A DNA stretch of 64,000 bases from a phage, in NCBI GenBank assembly GCA_017686895.1, contig GCA_017686895.1_4521.1. One strand, 5' to 3'. The translations under genes were made by a program, and so were the position numbers. The notes beneath the pieces were generated by a model, which ran no database searches, had not been told where the DNA came from, and worked only from the letters and a program-made list of their open reading frames with translations. Shown in pieces: positions 45,818 through 54,358 of this stretch. Numbering within the stretch: the first letter of the stretch is position 1; each line of letters begins with the position of its first letter.

Positions 45818-46105
45818 ATGATTCATCCATTTGACGTATCAGAATCCAAAATTGCTAATCTTCGTGGTCATCATAAGTGTAAATCAGTTTATTGTGCTAA
45901 ATTGGTAAAACATCCTGGTGATGCACACTACGGCTGGTTAGAATGCGACGAAGTTGTTATTGAAATCCCACCGGTAGATGCTAACTATCTTGAAGAAGGA
46001 GACCGCATTTATTTTGGCGAACTACACATCAGAGGTATCTATGGTAAAGACGAACTTGGGACTGTTGAGACTGAAGAATCTTCCGACATTTATCCTGTCG
46101 AATGA
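45818..46105 (+). CDS. hypothetical protein
   Basis: ATG at 45818 after terminator hairpin and SD. Confidence 0.35.
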   Translation: MIHPFDVSESKIANLRGHHKCKSVYCAKLVKHPGDAHYGWLECDEVVIEIPPVDANYLEEGDRIYFGELHIRGIYGKDELGTVETEESSDIYPVE

Positions 46106-46121
46106 GTTTTTGACTAGTGAA

Positions 46122-46598
46122 ATGAAAGTGAAGATTGCTGACACTGCTCGGTATTCACTAAGCCAAAATCCAGACCAAAACAAAGAAGATGTAGTTCGAC
46201 GTTGTAAGGTTGCAGTCTTTGCAGAGTATGTAGTAGCAAATTGGCTAGACGGATATGTTAATAAAGGTATTGAAGATGTAGAAGACCCGTACACGTATGC
46301 ATGGGACGTGTTAGCCCATCCCAAATATTGTGGAATTCGTGTAGAAGTCAAGACACATCAGATGGATTCTAAATGGATTTCTGTTACCACAGGATACAGT
46401 GGTGATTATCCGGGTGGCAACGGAATCAACATAGGGCCCTTCCTTAATCATCGAGTCGCTGACTGTATTATTATATTGAATGTCAAAGAAACCTCACCTG
46501 ACGTCTTCTCTTATTCTATAAAGTTCGTTGGAGACCATGAAGACCTAAAGAAAATCGTCCGCAAGAGCAACTACAACGGGTGGTATCTTCATCTTTAA
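46122..46598 (+). CDS. hypothetical protein (denB position)
   Basis: 158-aa ORF between rIIB and ndd, where T4 has denB; identity unverified. Confidence 0.35.
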   Translation: MKVKIADTARYSLSQNPDQNKEDVVRRCKVAVFAEYVVANWLDGYVNKGIEDVEDPYTYAWDVLAHPKYCGIRVEVKTHQMDSKWISVTTGYSGDYPGGNGINIGPFLNHRVADCIIILNVKETSPDVFSYSIKFVGDHEDLKKIVRKSNYNGWYLHL

Positions 46599-46610
46599 TT
46601 TCATAAAAGT

Positions 46611-46649
46611 GTTTACAACTAAGTAGGACTATGATATAGTAGTCCTATC
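46611..46649 (+). promoter_or_regulatory. early-promoter-like element
   Basis: GTTTAC -35, TATAGT -10, agtcctatc start region. Confidence 0.45.
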
Positions 46650-46666
46650 TAAAAGAGGATAACATC

Positions 46667-46930
46667 ATGAAATTTAAATTTTTCTACGCAAAACATAAAG
46701 TGACTGGTGAGTTTGTTTCAATGTACAACACTGCAGATGACGAAGGGATGATTTATACTCATTTAGGTCTATCTCATTGGGACTCAGACGTGCCTTATAT
46801 GTCATCCGAAGCCGAAATAACTCGTTTAGTTAATGGACATATGAATGACCATTTTGGTGTTATTCTTTCTAAAGACCTTAAAGAGGTTATCAACAAAGGA
46901 TATATGGAACTCGCGGAAGTTGAGATATGA
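46667..46930 (+). CDS. hypothetical protein
   Basis: 87-aa ORF after early-promoter-like element. Confidence 0.4.
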   Translation: MKFKFFYAKHKVTGEFVSMYNTADDEGMIYTHLGLSHWDSDVPYMSSEAEITRLVNGHMNDHFGVILSKDLKEVINKGYMELAEVEI

Positions 46931-47122
46931 GCTCTAAAATGTGGATTGGAATATGGTTGCTTAGTATCCCAATGATTTGTATAATATTTTCAATTGTGTT
47001 GAGGTACTTATGAAAAATGCACTTCTTATTGTACTAAAAACAATTTGTGATACTGGTTTTTACATTGCATGTTCGTTCACTGGAACATGGCTGGCTTTAA
47101 CATATTTTAATGTAATTTAATT

Positions 47123-47160
47123 GTTTACATCATGGTAGGATTATGGTATAGTAGTCCTAT
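47123..47160 (+). promoter_or_regulatory. early-promoter-like element
   Basis: GTTTAC -35, TATAGT -10, agtcctatc start region. Confidence 0.45.
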
Positions 47161-47180
47161 CAAAACACGAGGAATACAAA

Positions 47181-47381
47181 ATGGCTAAGCTTTTTAAAGA
47201 TGTTGAAATTGGTGAAAAATTTGTCCTGAATAATGGTCAGCAGCTTATTCGTGTAGCTTCTATAGCCGGACAAACTCATAACTGCATCGCCCCAACGTGT
47301 TGGACCCGATTCTTTATTGAGGATGACACCGAATGTTTAACCGTTGAAGAGCTTTTTGAACGTTCTGATATGACCGAATAA
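47181..47381 (+). CDS. hypothetical protein
   Basis: 66-aa ORF after early-promoter-like element. Confidence 0.4.
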   Translation: MAKLFKDVEIGEKFVLNNGQQLIRVASIAGQTHNCIAPTCWTRFFIEDDTECLTVEELFERSDMTE

Positions 47382-47383
47382 AA

Positions 47384-47423
47384 TTGTACAAACTCTTGAG
47401 AGCAGAGTATAATGCTCTCATGG
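47384..47423 (+). promoter_or_regulatory. early-promoter/stem-loop cassette (PeSL-like), copy 2
   Basis: acaaactcttgagagcagagTATAATgctctc; near-identical to 1834-1873. Confidence 0.45.
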
Positions 47424-47457
47424 ATTACAAAAACATTAATCAATTGAGGAAATTAGC

Positions 47458-47904
47458 ATGTCCAAATATTTAACTCGTAAAGACCTTCTGGCCGTTGGCG
47501 GTGAAGTTGTTGCAGTAGTTCGTAATGGTGAATACGGTTCCGAAGTTTCTAAAGAGTTTCGTTCTCGTGAAGGTTTTTACTTCTTTGTTAAAGGTTCATC
47601 TGACTGGCGACAAGTAGCAGCACGATTCTTTGTAGGACGTCAACGTTCTAAACAAGGGTTAGATGCAATTCTTTCTCACATTCGTCAAGGCCGTTCACAA
47701 CTAGCTCGTACCATGGGTACTAATAATATTGAATATGACGTAATTTTTGTTTCAGCCAAGAACATGAAACCTCTGACCACTGGTTATGGTAAAGGTCAAT
47801 TGGCTCTGGCATTCACTCGCAATCATTCATCAGAATATCAAACACTCACTGAAATGAACCGTCTCCTGGCTGATAATTTCAAATTCATTCTGCAGAGTTA
47901 CTAA
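47458..47904 (+). CDS. ndd: nucleoid disruption protein Ndd
   Basis: QRSKQG...[14 protein letters not shown]...[22 protein letters not shown]...LADNFKF matches T4 Ndd as recalled. Confidence 0.85.
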   Translation: MSKYLTRKDLLAVGGEVVAVVRNGEYGSEVSKEFRSREGFYFFVKGSSDWRQVAARFFVGRQRSKQGLDAILSHIRQGRSQLARTMGTNNIEYDVIFVSAKNMKPLTTGYGKGQLALAFTRNHSSEYQTLTEMNRLLADNFKFILQSY

Positions 47905-47911
47905 TTTATAT

Positions 47912-47945
47912 AGGCCTATTAAGTTAGGCCTTTAATTTATTTTTG
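47912..47945 (+). terminator. terminator-like hairpin after ndd
   Basis: aggcct-attaagtt-aggcct then T-rich tract. Confidence 0.35.
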
Positions 47946-47956
47946 AGGTAATTAAA

Positions 47957-48103
47957 ATGGTAGCATGGATTATTGCATTGCTGTGTTGGTCGTTTTTATT
48001 CGTTAGCACTTTAGTTACAGGCGAAACAACAGTATTTCAACAGGCCGTATCACAAGGTACCTTAGCGGTCTTAGCTCTTATTAACGTGTTAAAAGGCGAG
48101 TAA
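47957..48103 (+). CDS. small membrane peptide
   Basis: 48 aa hand-translated (MVAWIIALLCWSFLFVSTLV...); below track cut-off. Confidence 0.3.
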   Translation: MVAWIIALLCWSFLFVSTLVTGETTVFQQAVSQGTLAVLALINVLKGE

Positions 48104-48243
48104 TGATTAAGAAAATCTTAGCAGGAGCCTTCGGGCTCTTGTTGTTGCTTACGGTTCTGTATTATGGTGTGATGTTTGGACTAATCCAAGTGGTGCTTTT
48201 CATTTCAGATGTTATAATGGTTATTCGTTCATTAATATGGTGA
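48103..48243 (+). CDS. small membrane peptide
   Basis: 46 aa hand-translated (MIKKILAGAFGLLLLLTVLYYGVMFGL...); position of ac/stp-type genes. Confidence 0.3.
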   Translation: MIKKILAGAFGLLLLLTVLYYGVMFGLIQVVLFISDVIMVIRSLIW

Positions 48244-48247
48244 AAAT

Positions 48248-49573
48248 ATGCAATTGAATTCTCGTAATCTAAAAAGTATTATTGATAACGAAGCCTTAGC
48301 ATATGCGATGTACACCGTTGAAAACCGTGCAATCCCAAACATGATTGATGGATTTAAGCCGGTTCAACGTTTTGTTGTTCATCGGGCATTAGATTTGGCT
48401 CGTGGTAATAAAGAAAAATTTCATAAACTTGCGTCAATTGCAGGAGGTGTTGCAGATTTAGGTTATCATCATGGCGAATCTTCTGCACAAGATGCAGGTG
48501 CATTGATGGCTAATACGTGGAATAACAACTATCCACTGTTAGACGGCCAGGGCAACTTTGGTTCTAGAACAGTCCAAAAAGCTGCAGCATCTCGTTATAT
48601 TTTTGCTCGTGTAAGTAAAAATTTCTATAATGTCTATAAAGATACTGAATATGCTCCAGCACATGAAGATAAAGAACACGTTCCACCAAAATTCTATCTT
48701 CCTATTATTCCGACAGTTCTTTTGAATGGCGTCTCTGGTATTGCAACCGGTTACGCAACAAATATTCTGCCTCATAGTTTTAAATCAGTTAAAAAGGCTG
48801 TATTACAAGCTCTTCAAGGTAAAAATGTCACTAAGCCAAAAGTTGAATTCCCAGAATTCCGTGGTGAAGTACATGAAGTTGATGGGCGTTATGAGATTCA
48901 CGGAACATATAAGTTCACATCTCGCACTCAAATGCAGATAACTGAAATCCCATATAAATTCGACCGTGAAACGTATGTGAGTAAGGTTCTTGACCCGTTG
49001 GAAGACAAAGGTCTAATCTCATGGGAAGATGATTGTGGTGAACACGGCTTTGGGTTTAAGGTGAAGTTCCGTAAAGAGTACTCGCTTCCAGATGACGAAG
49101 AGCTACGTCATGAAAAAATCATGAAAGATTTTAGTCTCATCGAACGTCGTTCACAAAACATCACAGTGATTAATGAAAAGGGTAAATTGGCGGTCTACGA
49201 TAACGTAGTGGACTTAATCAAAGATTTTGTTGAAGTCCGTAAGACTTACGTTCAGAAACGTATTGATAACAAAATCCTTGAATCTGAAAAAGCATTTAAA
49301 CTTGCTTTTGCTAAGGCACACTTCATCAAAAAAGTTATCAGTGGCGAAATTGTGATTCAGGGCAAGACTCGTAAAGCTTTGACTGAAGAGCTAGCACAAA
49401 TCGAAATGTATAAAGAACATGTCGATAAACTGGTAGGTCTTAACATCTTCCATATCACTTCCGACGAAGCACGGAAACTAGCAGAAGAAGCTAAAGCTAA
49501 GAAAGAAGAAAATGAGTATTGGAAGTCTACTGATGTTGTGACAGAGTACACTAAAGACTTGGAGGCACTTTGA
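48248..49573 (+). CDS. 52: DNA topoisomerase II medium subunit gp52 (GyrA-like)
   Basis: AYAMYTVENRAIPNMIDGFKPVQRF motif; 441 aa. Confidence 0.92.
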   Translation: MQLNSRNLKSIIDNEALAYAMYTVENRAIPNMIDGFKPVQRFVVHRALDLARGNKEKFHKLASIAGGVADLGYHHGESSAQDAGALMANTWNNNYPLLDGQGNFGSRTVQKAAASRYIFARVSKNFYNVYKDTEYAPAHEDKEHVPPKFYLPIIPTVLLNGVSGIATGYATNILPHSFKSVKKAVLQALQGKNVTKPKVEFPEFRGEVHEVDGRYEIHGTYKFTSRTQMQITEIPYKFDRETYVSKVLDPLEDKGLISWEDDCGEHGFGFKVKFRKEYSLPDDEELRHEKIMKDFSLIERRSQNITVINEKGKLAVYDNVVDLIKDFVEVRKTYVQKRIDNKILESEKAFKLAFAKAHFIKKVISGEIVIQGKTRKALTEELAQIEMYKEHVDKLVGLNIFHITSDEARKLAEEAKAKKEENEYWKSTDVVTEYTKDLEAL

Positions 49574-49648
49574 GTGCCCTAGCCTTAGGATTTCTCAGTG
49601 CAATAGCTGCACTAGTGATTTGGCTGTATTGGTTGGACAATCATGATT

Positions 49649-49680
49649 AGGGAGCTTCGGCTCCCTTTTGTGCATTTTTT
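49649..49680 (+). terminator. intrinsic terminator after gene 52
   Basis: gggagc-ttcg-gctccc followed by ttttgtgcattttttc. Confidence 0.55.
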
Positions 49681-49691
49681 CTCACAAAACA

Positions 49692-49730
49692 GTTTACATG
49701 TGCTTCAAACGTGATATTATAGACCTATCA
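49692..49730 (+). promoter_or_regulatory. early-promoter-like element
   Basis: GTTTAC -35, TATTAT -10, agacctatc; near-duplicate of 50013-50050. Confidence 0.45.
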
Positions 49731-49759
49731 AAACAAAACAACCAAATTGGAGAAATAAA

Positions 49760-49975
49760 ATGTCTAAAATGAAATTAACCCAAAACACAACTACTCGTTT
49801 CGGTAAAGTCAAACCCGGTATGAATGCTCTCCGTAAAGCACTTGTTGAAGAATTAAATTTCTTAGAAGTTGAAATCAATTCTTTAGTGGTTCGCGGTTCA
49901 AATGGACATCATTTAGAAAAGCTTCGTTCTAAAAAGGCAAAACTTATTAGCCTTATTAAAGAAATGAGTTTGTAA
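49760..49975 (+). CDS. hypothetical protein
   Basis: 71-aa ORF after promoter cassette duplicated upstream of motA. Confidence 0.4.
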   Translation: MSKMKLTQNTTTRFGKVKPGMNALRKALVEELNFLEVEINSLVVRGSNGHHLEKLRSKKAKLISLIKEMSL

Positions 49976-50012
49976 ATTTTACCAGGGCTTTTGAAAAAGA
50001 GCCCAAAATAAA

Positions 50013-50050
50013 GTTTACTTTTGCTTCAAACATGATATTATAGACCTATC
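50013..50050 (+). promoter_or_regulatory. early-promoter-like element upstream of motA
   Basis: GTTTAC -35, TATTAT -10, agacctatc. Confidence 0.45.
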
Positions 50051-50077
50051 AAACAAATACTAATTTGGAGAAATAAA

Positions 50078-50710
50078 ATGTCTAAAGTTACTTACATCAT
50101 CAAAGCTTCTGAAAACGCTCTGAATGAAAAAACTGCTGCAATAATGGTTTATATCATTAAGAACAACTTCACCACTGCTGCCAATGTCCGTGAAGCTCTG
50201 AAAGCGGAATACAATGCATCGGTTGTTAACTCTAACATTGGTGTATTGATTAAAAAAGGTTTAGTCGAAAAATCCGGTGATGGACTTGTGGCAACCGGCG
50301 AAGCAATGGATATTATCCAAAAAGCTGCAGACCTATTTGCTCAAGAAAATGCTCCAGAACTTCTCCAGAAACGTAACACCAGAAAAGCACGTGGAGTTAC
50401 TCCTGAAATGCATGAACTAGCGAACTTTGTTTTTGAAAATATTAAAGATAAAGTTGAAGTTAAAGAAATTGGTGAAAACCGTAGTAACTTAGAAGTTCGA
50501 TTCGCTAAACGAGTTCTAGGCATTCGCCAAATTGAAATTCGACGAGATGGCGCTCTTAGAATCTTTGCATACAACATGTCAGAAACTGAATCAAAGCTGT
50601 TTACTTCTCTTGAAAATGATGTTAAGATTAAAATCGGTGGTAAATATACTTACATTGACTTCCCTAATGTGTCCAAAGAAATCATTACCCTTGTAACTAA
50701 CGTACTGTGA
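50078..50710 (+). CDS. motA: middle-transcription activator MotA
   Basis: MSKVTYIIKASENALNEKTAAIMVYI...NSNIGVLIKKGLVEKSGDGL matches T4 MotA as recalled; 210 aa. Confidence 0.9.
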   Translation: MSKVTYIIKASENALNEKTAAIMVYIIKNNFTTAANVREALKAEYNASVVNSNIGVLIKKGLVEKSGDGLVATGEAMDIIQKAADLFAQENAPELLQKRNTRKARGVTPEMHELANFVFENIKDKVEVKEIGENRSNLEVRFAKRVLGIRQIEIRRDGALRIFAYNMSETESKLFTSLENDVKIKIGGKYTYIDFPNVSKEIITLVTNVL

Positions 50711-50720
50711 GGAATACATA

Positions 50721-51050
50721 ATGAATAAGCTGAATATTATTAACGAACTTCGTAAATGTGCAGAACCTACTCAGGAAGGATGGGATATTTGGTACCACGG
50801 GGCTTATTTAGGGACAATTGTAAAGATTAAAGCAGGCCAATATACGGTTATTCGTGAAAATAATGACGCGCCATTTGGCCTTCGTAAAAACTACATGGCA
50901 GCGATCAGTTCATTTGTTGATGCAGCTTACGAAATCTATAAAGAAGATTATAAAGAATATCAGCAGTCACAACCGGTTATTCGTTCGATTGGTGTAAATA
51001 AACAAGCACAAAAATCTATTTGGCAACGTATTAAGGAATGGTTTAAATGA
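50721..51050 (+). CDS. hypothetical protein
   Basis: 109-aa ORF. Confidence 0.4.
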   Translation: MNKLNIINELRKCAEPTQEGWDIWYHGAYLGTIVKIKAGQYTVIRENNDAPFGLRKNYMAAISSFVDAAYEIYKEDYKEYQQSQPVIRSIGVNKQAQKSIWQRIKEWFK

Positions 51051-51508
51051 AATCATTTAAAGAACGTTTAGAGCTATTAGATTTAGCCTTGTCTCGTGAG
51101 ACTCCTGAAAGTCTAGCAGAAAAATTCCAGTCCTACGGTTATAATTATTCTGCTGATGATATAATGAATGAAGTTCCTGAAATCTGTTGGCAAACGTGCT
51201 ATTGGAATAATGACCAAAAAGTTCAACGTGTTATAGTATGTGCAGCTAATAGGTTTAAATTGAAGAGTGGTGGAACTCTGGTTATTCCTGGAGTTCGTCA
51301 TTACTCTAAAGATATGGCTGAAGTACTTGACATAGTTGGTCCTCAATTAGTCTCGCAACAAGTTTGTGGTGACGACCAAGGCTTTATTGACCAATACTCT
51401 AATTACTGGACACGTGAAGAAGCAATGATTATTGCAACGTATGCTGGACAGGTACGTATTGAACGTGGCGGAAGTGAGAAAGAACTTTATTCAGAGGACC
51501 TTTATTAA
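51047..51508 (+). CDS. hypothetical protein
   Basis: 153-aa ORF. Confidence 0.4.
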   Translation: MKSFKERLELLDLALSRETPESLAEKFQSYGYNYSADDIMNEVPEICWQTCYWNNDQKVQRVIVCAANRFKLKSGGTLVIPGVRHYSKDMAEVLDIVGPQLVSQQVCGDDQGFIDQYSNYWTREEAMIIATYAGQVRIERGGSEKELYSEDLY

Positions 51509-51789
51509 TGAATATTAAACAACTCCAGAAAGATGCTATTGAATCACGTATCCAAGATATCAAACGTCTTAATCATATGATGGAAGAAAACTATGGTATG
51601 TATGCTAATCAGCCTGGTTGGGACGCTTTAGATCATCCTTATTTGGTTAATTTATGTAAAGGTGATACGTTAGCAATTATTCGTGATGGGTTAAAACCTT
51701 TCTTGCGTGACATGTATATTAAAATGAACGAAGAAATTATTAGCTCGTTGCAATATCAATTAAGGAAATTAGATGATGAGAATAATTGA
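51508..51789 (+). CDS. hypothetical protein
   Basis: 93-aa ORF. Confidence 0.4.
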   Translation: MNIKQLQKDAIESRIQDIKRLNHMMEENYGMYANQPGWDALDHPYLVNLCKGDTLAIIRDGLKPFLRDMYIKMNEEIISSLQYQLRKLDDENN

Positions 51790-51991
51790 TTCTAAAGCAG
51801 ATTATTTTAATTCTGTTAATGATAAGAATAAAGCTTTAATTCGCCACTTTATTACTGAGATGGGTTATACTGACTCTAAAGATTTGAAAGAGCACATTAT
51901 CGAATGTTCTGTGGCTAAAAAGTTTTCTTTCACAGACAAATGTTTAAACGAGGTTATAAATCATTATGAACAATCTTGTAGCAAAACATGA
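51773..51991 (+). CDS. hypothetical protein
   Basis: 72-aa ORF. Confidence 0.35.
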   Translation: MMRIIDSKADYFNSVNDKNKALIRHFITEMGYTDSKDLKEHIIECSVAKKFSFTDKCLNEVINHYEQSCSKT

Positions 51992-52074
51992 TTTCAATAA
52001 GGCTTCTGTCCATAAGGACAAGAAGAAATCAGAACTTCAATCTAAGCGTAAACAAAAACATAAGGGTAAAGACT

Positions 52075-52362
52075 ATGTTTACTAAAATCAAAGAAAATCC
52101 TGCCACTGAACTTGTTATTCGTTGTGAAGAACTTGCAGAGCTTTATCAGGTTAACCGAGAAGTGTGTCGTAGTGTTATCGTAGATATGGCAGACGAAGTA
52201 TGTTCTCGTATTCCTTTTAGCGTTGATTTCAATCATATGAAGCCTGGTGAAATCACTATCGTCTTTGGTTCTGACTATACTGAAGAACGGGCTCTTAATG
52301 TCCTAGAATATGAAATGTCGTTCTTTGACATACAGGACTACATTGATAGTTATAAGGAATGA
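52075..52362 (+). CDS. acidic small protein, possible Arn-like DNA mimic (tentative)
   Basis: 95 aa, Asp/Glu-rich; lies between motA and asiA where T4 has arn; identity unverified. Confidence 0.3.
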   Translation: MFTKIKENPATELVIRCEELAELYQVNREVCRSVIVDMADEVCSRIPFSVDFNHMKPGEITIVFGSDYTEERALNVLEYEMSFFDIQDYIDSYKE

Positions 52363-52363
52363 T

Positions 52364-52525
52364 ATGAGCCATAATCTTCAGAACGTAGTAGAGGCAGAAC
52401 GTGAGCGTGAGGCTTTAGTCTATAATGAACTATTAGTCACGTTCTTGGCCTTACACTCGTACGAACAGGAAGACTACACTGATTACGTTAAAAGTGTAGA
52501 AAAAGCCGTTTACAATCAACACTGA
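52364..52525 (+). CDS. hypothetical protein
   Basis: 53-aa ORF. Confidence 0.25.
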   Translation: MSHNLQNVVEAEREREALVYNELLVTFLALHSYEQEDYTDYVKSVEKAVYNQH

Positions 52526-52571
52526 TAATGGTACTATACTCATATCAACCAAATGGAATGAATAAAACGTT

Positions 52572-52844
52572 ATGAATAAAGACATTGAAATCGTACGTGA
52601 AATTATTACTATTGCTTCTATTTTGATTAAATTCTCTAGGGAAGATATTGTTGAAGACCGAGCAAATTTCATCGGATTCTTGAATGAGATTGGAATTAAA
52701 AAAGATGGTCGGCAGCTAAATCAGAATTCGTTCAGAAAACTAATTACAAATTTAACTGCCGAAGAAAAGAAAACACTGATTAGTGAATTCAATGAAGGTT
52801 TTGAAAATATTTATCGCCATTTGACGATGTATTCTAACAACTAA
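52572..52844 (+). CDS. asiA: anti-sigma-70 factor AsiA
   Basis: MNKDIEIVREIITIASILIKFSREDIVEDRANFIGFLNEIG matches T4 AsiA as recalled; 90 aa. Confidence 0.92.
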   Translation: MNKDIEIVREIITIASILIKFSREDIVEDRANFIGFLNEIGIKKDGRQLNQNSFRKLITNLTAEEKKTLISEFNEGFENIYRHLTMYSNN

Positions 52845-53504
52845 TTATTTAGCCCGCCCTAATATCCTTGCTGCTTGGTTGCATATTGCAGCCAAGCGTT
52901 CTTCATTTAGCACATCCGATCCCTTATACCAATACATAGAAACAGTTCCCGCATATATGTTATCCAAATTGAAGTAAGGACAACTATACATATACGCCAG
53001 TTCCGGAGTTTTTGATTTGGTAGGTAAGAAAGCAAAATCTGTTTTAGAAGTAAAGTGAAGTCCACTTAAATGGACCGAATATTCTGCTGTCGTTTTATCA
53101 ACAGGAAATCCTCCCATAGATTTTTCAGTTACTGTGCTAGGTAACTTACCTTCATACGCAATAAGGTCGACGAAATAATTTAGATTTTTAGGTCTGAAAG
53201 AATACACCGAACTAAAATCCGCCCTTGATGTGACGTGGACTATTTGTAGTTGTTCTAAAGCCGCAGATTCAAATCGTGTATTTCTTTCTTTTTGAATTAC
53301 TTCTGTGTAAGTATCATATTTCGACCTCACGTAATAATCCATAAAAATATTCCCTTTGTACCATATTAGTGCCATTAGGAACAAAAGAACTACAACAGCA
53401 ACTCTTGAAATAAGAATATTTCCAGAGGCGTTATCTTTGAAAATGCGGTCTAGCAACCCAAATAAAATATCACTAGGCGAAAATGATACTTTTGGTGCTG
53501 CCAT
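52845..53504 (-). CDS. t: holin T
   Basis: MAAPKVSFSPSDILFGLLDRIFKDNA matches T4 holin; start at second ATG, since the track's extra MGGN codons form the GGAGG SD. Confidence 0.9.
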   Translation of the reverse strand: MAAPKVSFSPSDILFGLLDRIFKDNASGNILISRVAVVVLLFLMALIWYKGNIFMDYYVRSKYDTYTEVIQKERNTRFESAALEQLQIVHVTSRADFSSVYSFRPKNLNYFVDLIAYEGKLPSTVTEKSMGGFPVDKTTAEYSVHLSGLHFTSKTDFAFLPTKSKTPELAYMYSCPYFNLDNIYAGTVSMYWYKGSDVLNEERLAAICNQAARILGRAK

Positions 53505-53523
53505 ATTACCTCCCATTTATCAA

Positions 53524-53531
53524 TATTTATA
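53524..53531 (-). promoter_or_regulatory. late promoter TATAAATA upstream of holin t
   Basis: TATAAATA on - strand, followed by GGAGG SD and ATG at 53504. Confidence 0.5.
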
Positions 53532-53549
53532 ATTGAGAGGTATTATCGT

Positions 53550-54329
53550 TTAAATCCAGGAGCCGTAGATTGTGCCTGTAGCACCCCATGACGGTGAACT
53601 TCCGAATACTGCTCTGCCAGGAGCACCACCGCCAGATCTAGATAAGTGATTACCCCATCCATCTCCGCCACGACCTCCAGCATCACCGCCATTGCCTCCG
53701 CCGAATTGGGAAGTGTAACCGGCCCCGCCCGGGGCGTCATAACTAGCATTACCACCCGGCCAATTAACGCCACCTCCGCCGATGCCAAATGGTCTACCAC
53801 CACCGCCACCTGCTGTAGCATTTGGCGCCCAGCTATTCTGTAATGACACTGCACCACCTCCGCCACCGCCTGATGCAATAACACCATAGTTCCAAATACG
53901 AAGTCTTCCGCCGATATCATTTTGGATTACATCGCCACCATTAGTGCCTGGGTTTCCGTTTACAGTACCGTTACCACCTCGTCCCCACATATGAACTCCA
54001 CCATGAATATTCAAAGTAACATATTCATTTGGCGTATCGCCATACATAAAGAATAATGGAACATCTTTACTATATGATACTAAATTTCCAGTGATATTAA
54101 ACACTATAGGTGCACTACCTGCCTCAAAACATCTATCTCGGAACCATTGACCATTGAAGTTATGGTCTGCTCCAAGTGTGTGAATAATCTCACGAGACCG
54201 ACCAGCAAATTGCGACATTGATACCGGTAGTCCCAATCTTAACTGTCCAGCCGCTGCAGACATCAATCGCTGGCCTGTTTCAGCCACTGCTGATGTTCCA
54301 ATCCAACCAGGAATTCCTACTACTGCCAT
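53550..54329 (-). CDS. 38: tail fibre adhesin gp38 (T2-type, glycine-rich motifs)
   Basis: Several poly-Gly motifs ([38 protein letters not shown]) separated by variable segments; directly downstream of gene 37. Confidence 0.75.
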   Translation of the reverse strand: MAVVGIPGWIGTSAVAETGQRLMSAAAGQLRLGLPVSMSQFAGRSREIIHTLGADHNFNGQWFRDRCFEAGSAPIVFNITGNLVSYSKDVPLFFMYGDTPNEYVTLNIHGGVHMWGRGGNGTVNGNPGTNGGDVIQNDIGGRLRIWNYGVIASGGGGGGAVSLQNSWAPNATAGGGGGRPFGIGGGGVNWPGGNASYDAPGGAGYTSQFGGGNGGDAGGRGGDGWGNHLSRSGGGAPGRAVFGSSPSWGATGTIYGSWI

Positions 54330-54341
54330 AAAAACCTCCAG

Positions 54342-54355
54342 GGCCCGAAGGCCCT
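54342..54355 (-). other. GC hairpin between genes 37 and 38
   Basis: gggcc-ttcg-ggccc on - strand just upstream of gene 38 SD. Confidence 0.35.
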
Positions 54356-54358
54356 TTA

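Noticed and set aside
49569-49649. 26-aa hydrophobic peptide ORF after gene 52 (TTG start)
   Set aside because: No ATG/GTG start or clear ribosome-binding site; too short to support.
49692-50050. MotA box (ttgcttcaaac) inside the duplicated early promoter cassettes
   Set aside because: The box lies only about 7 nt from the -10, not the 11-13 nt expected for MotA-dependent promoters; probably a coincidental match.
53543-53920. ORFs 53543-53920 (-) and 53646-53843 (+) overlapping gp38
   Set aside because: Arise from the GC-rich glycine-codon tracts of gp38 read in other frames; translations are low-complexity.
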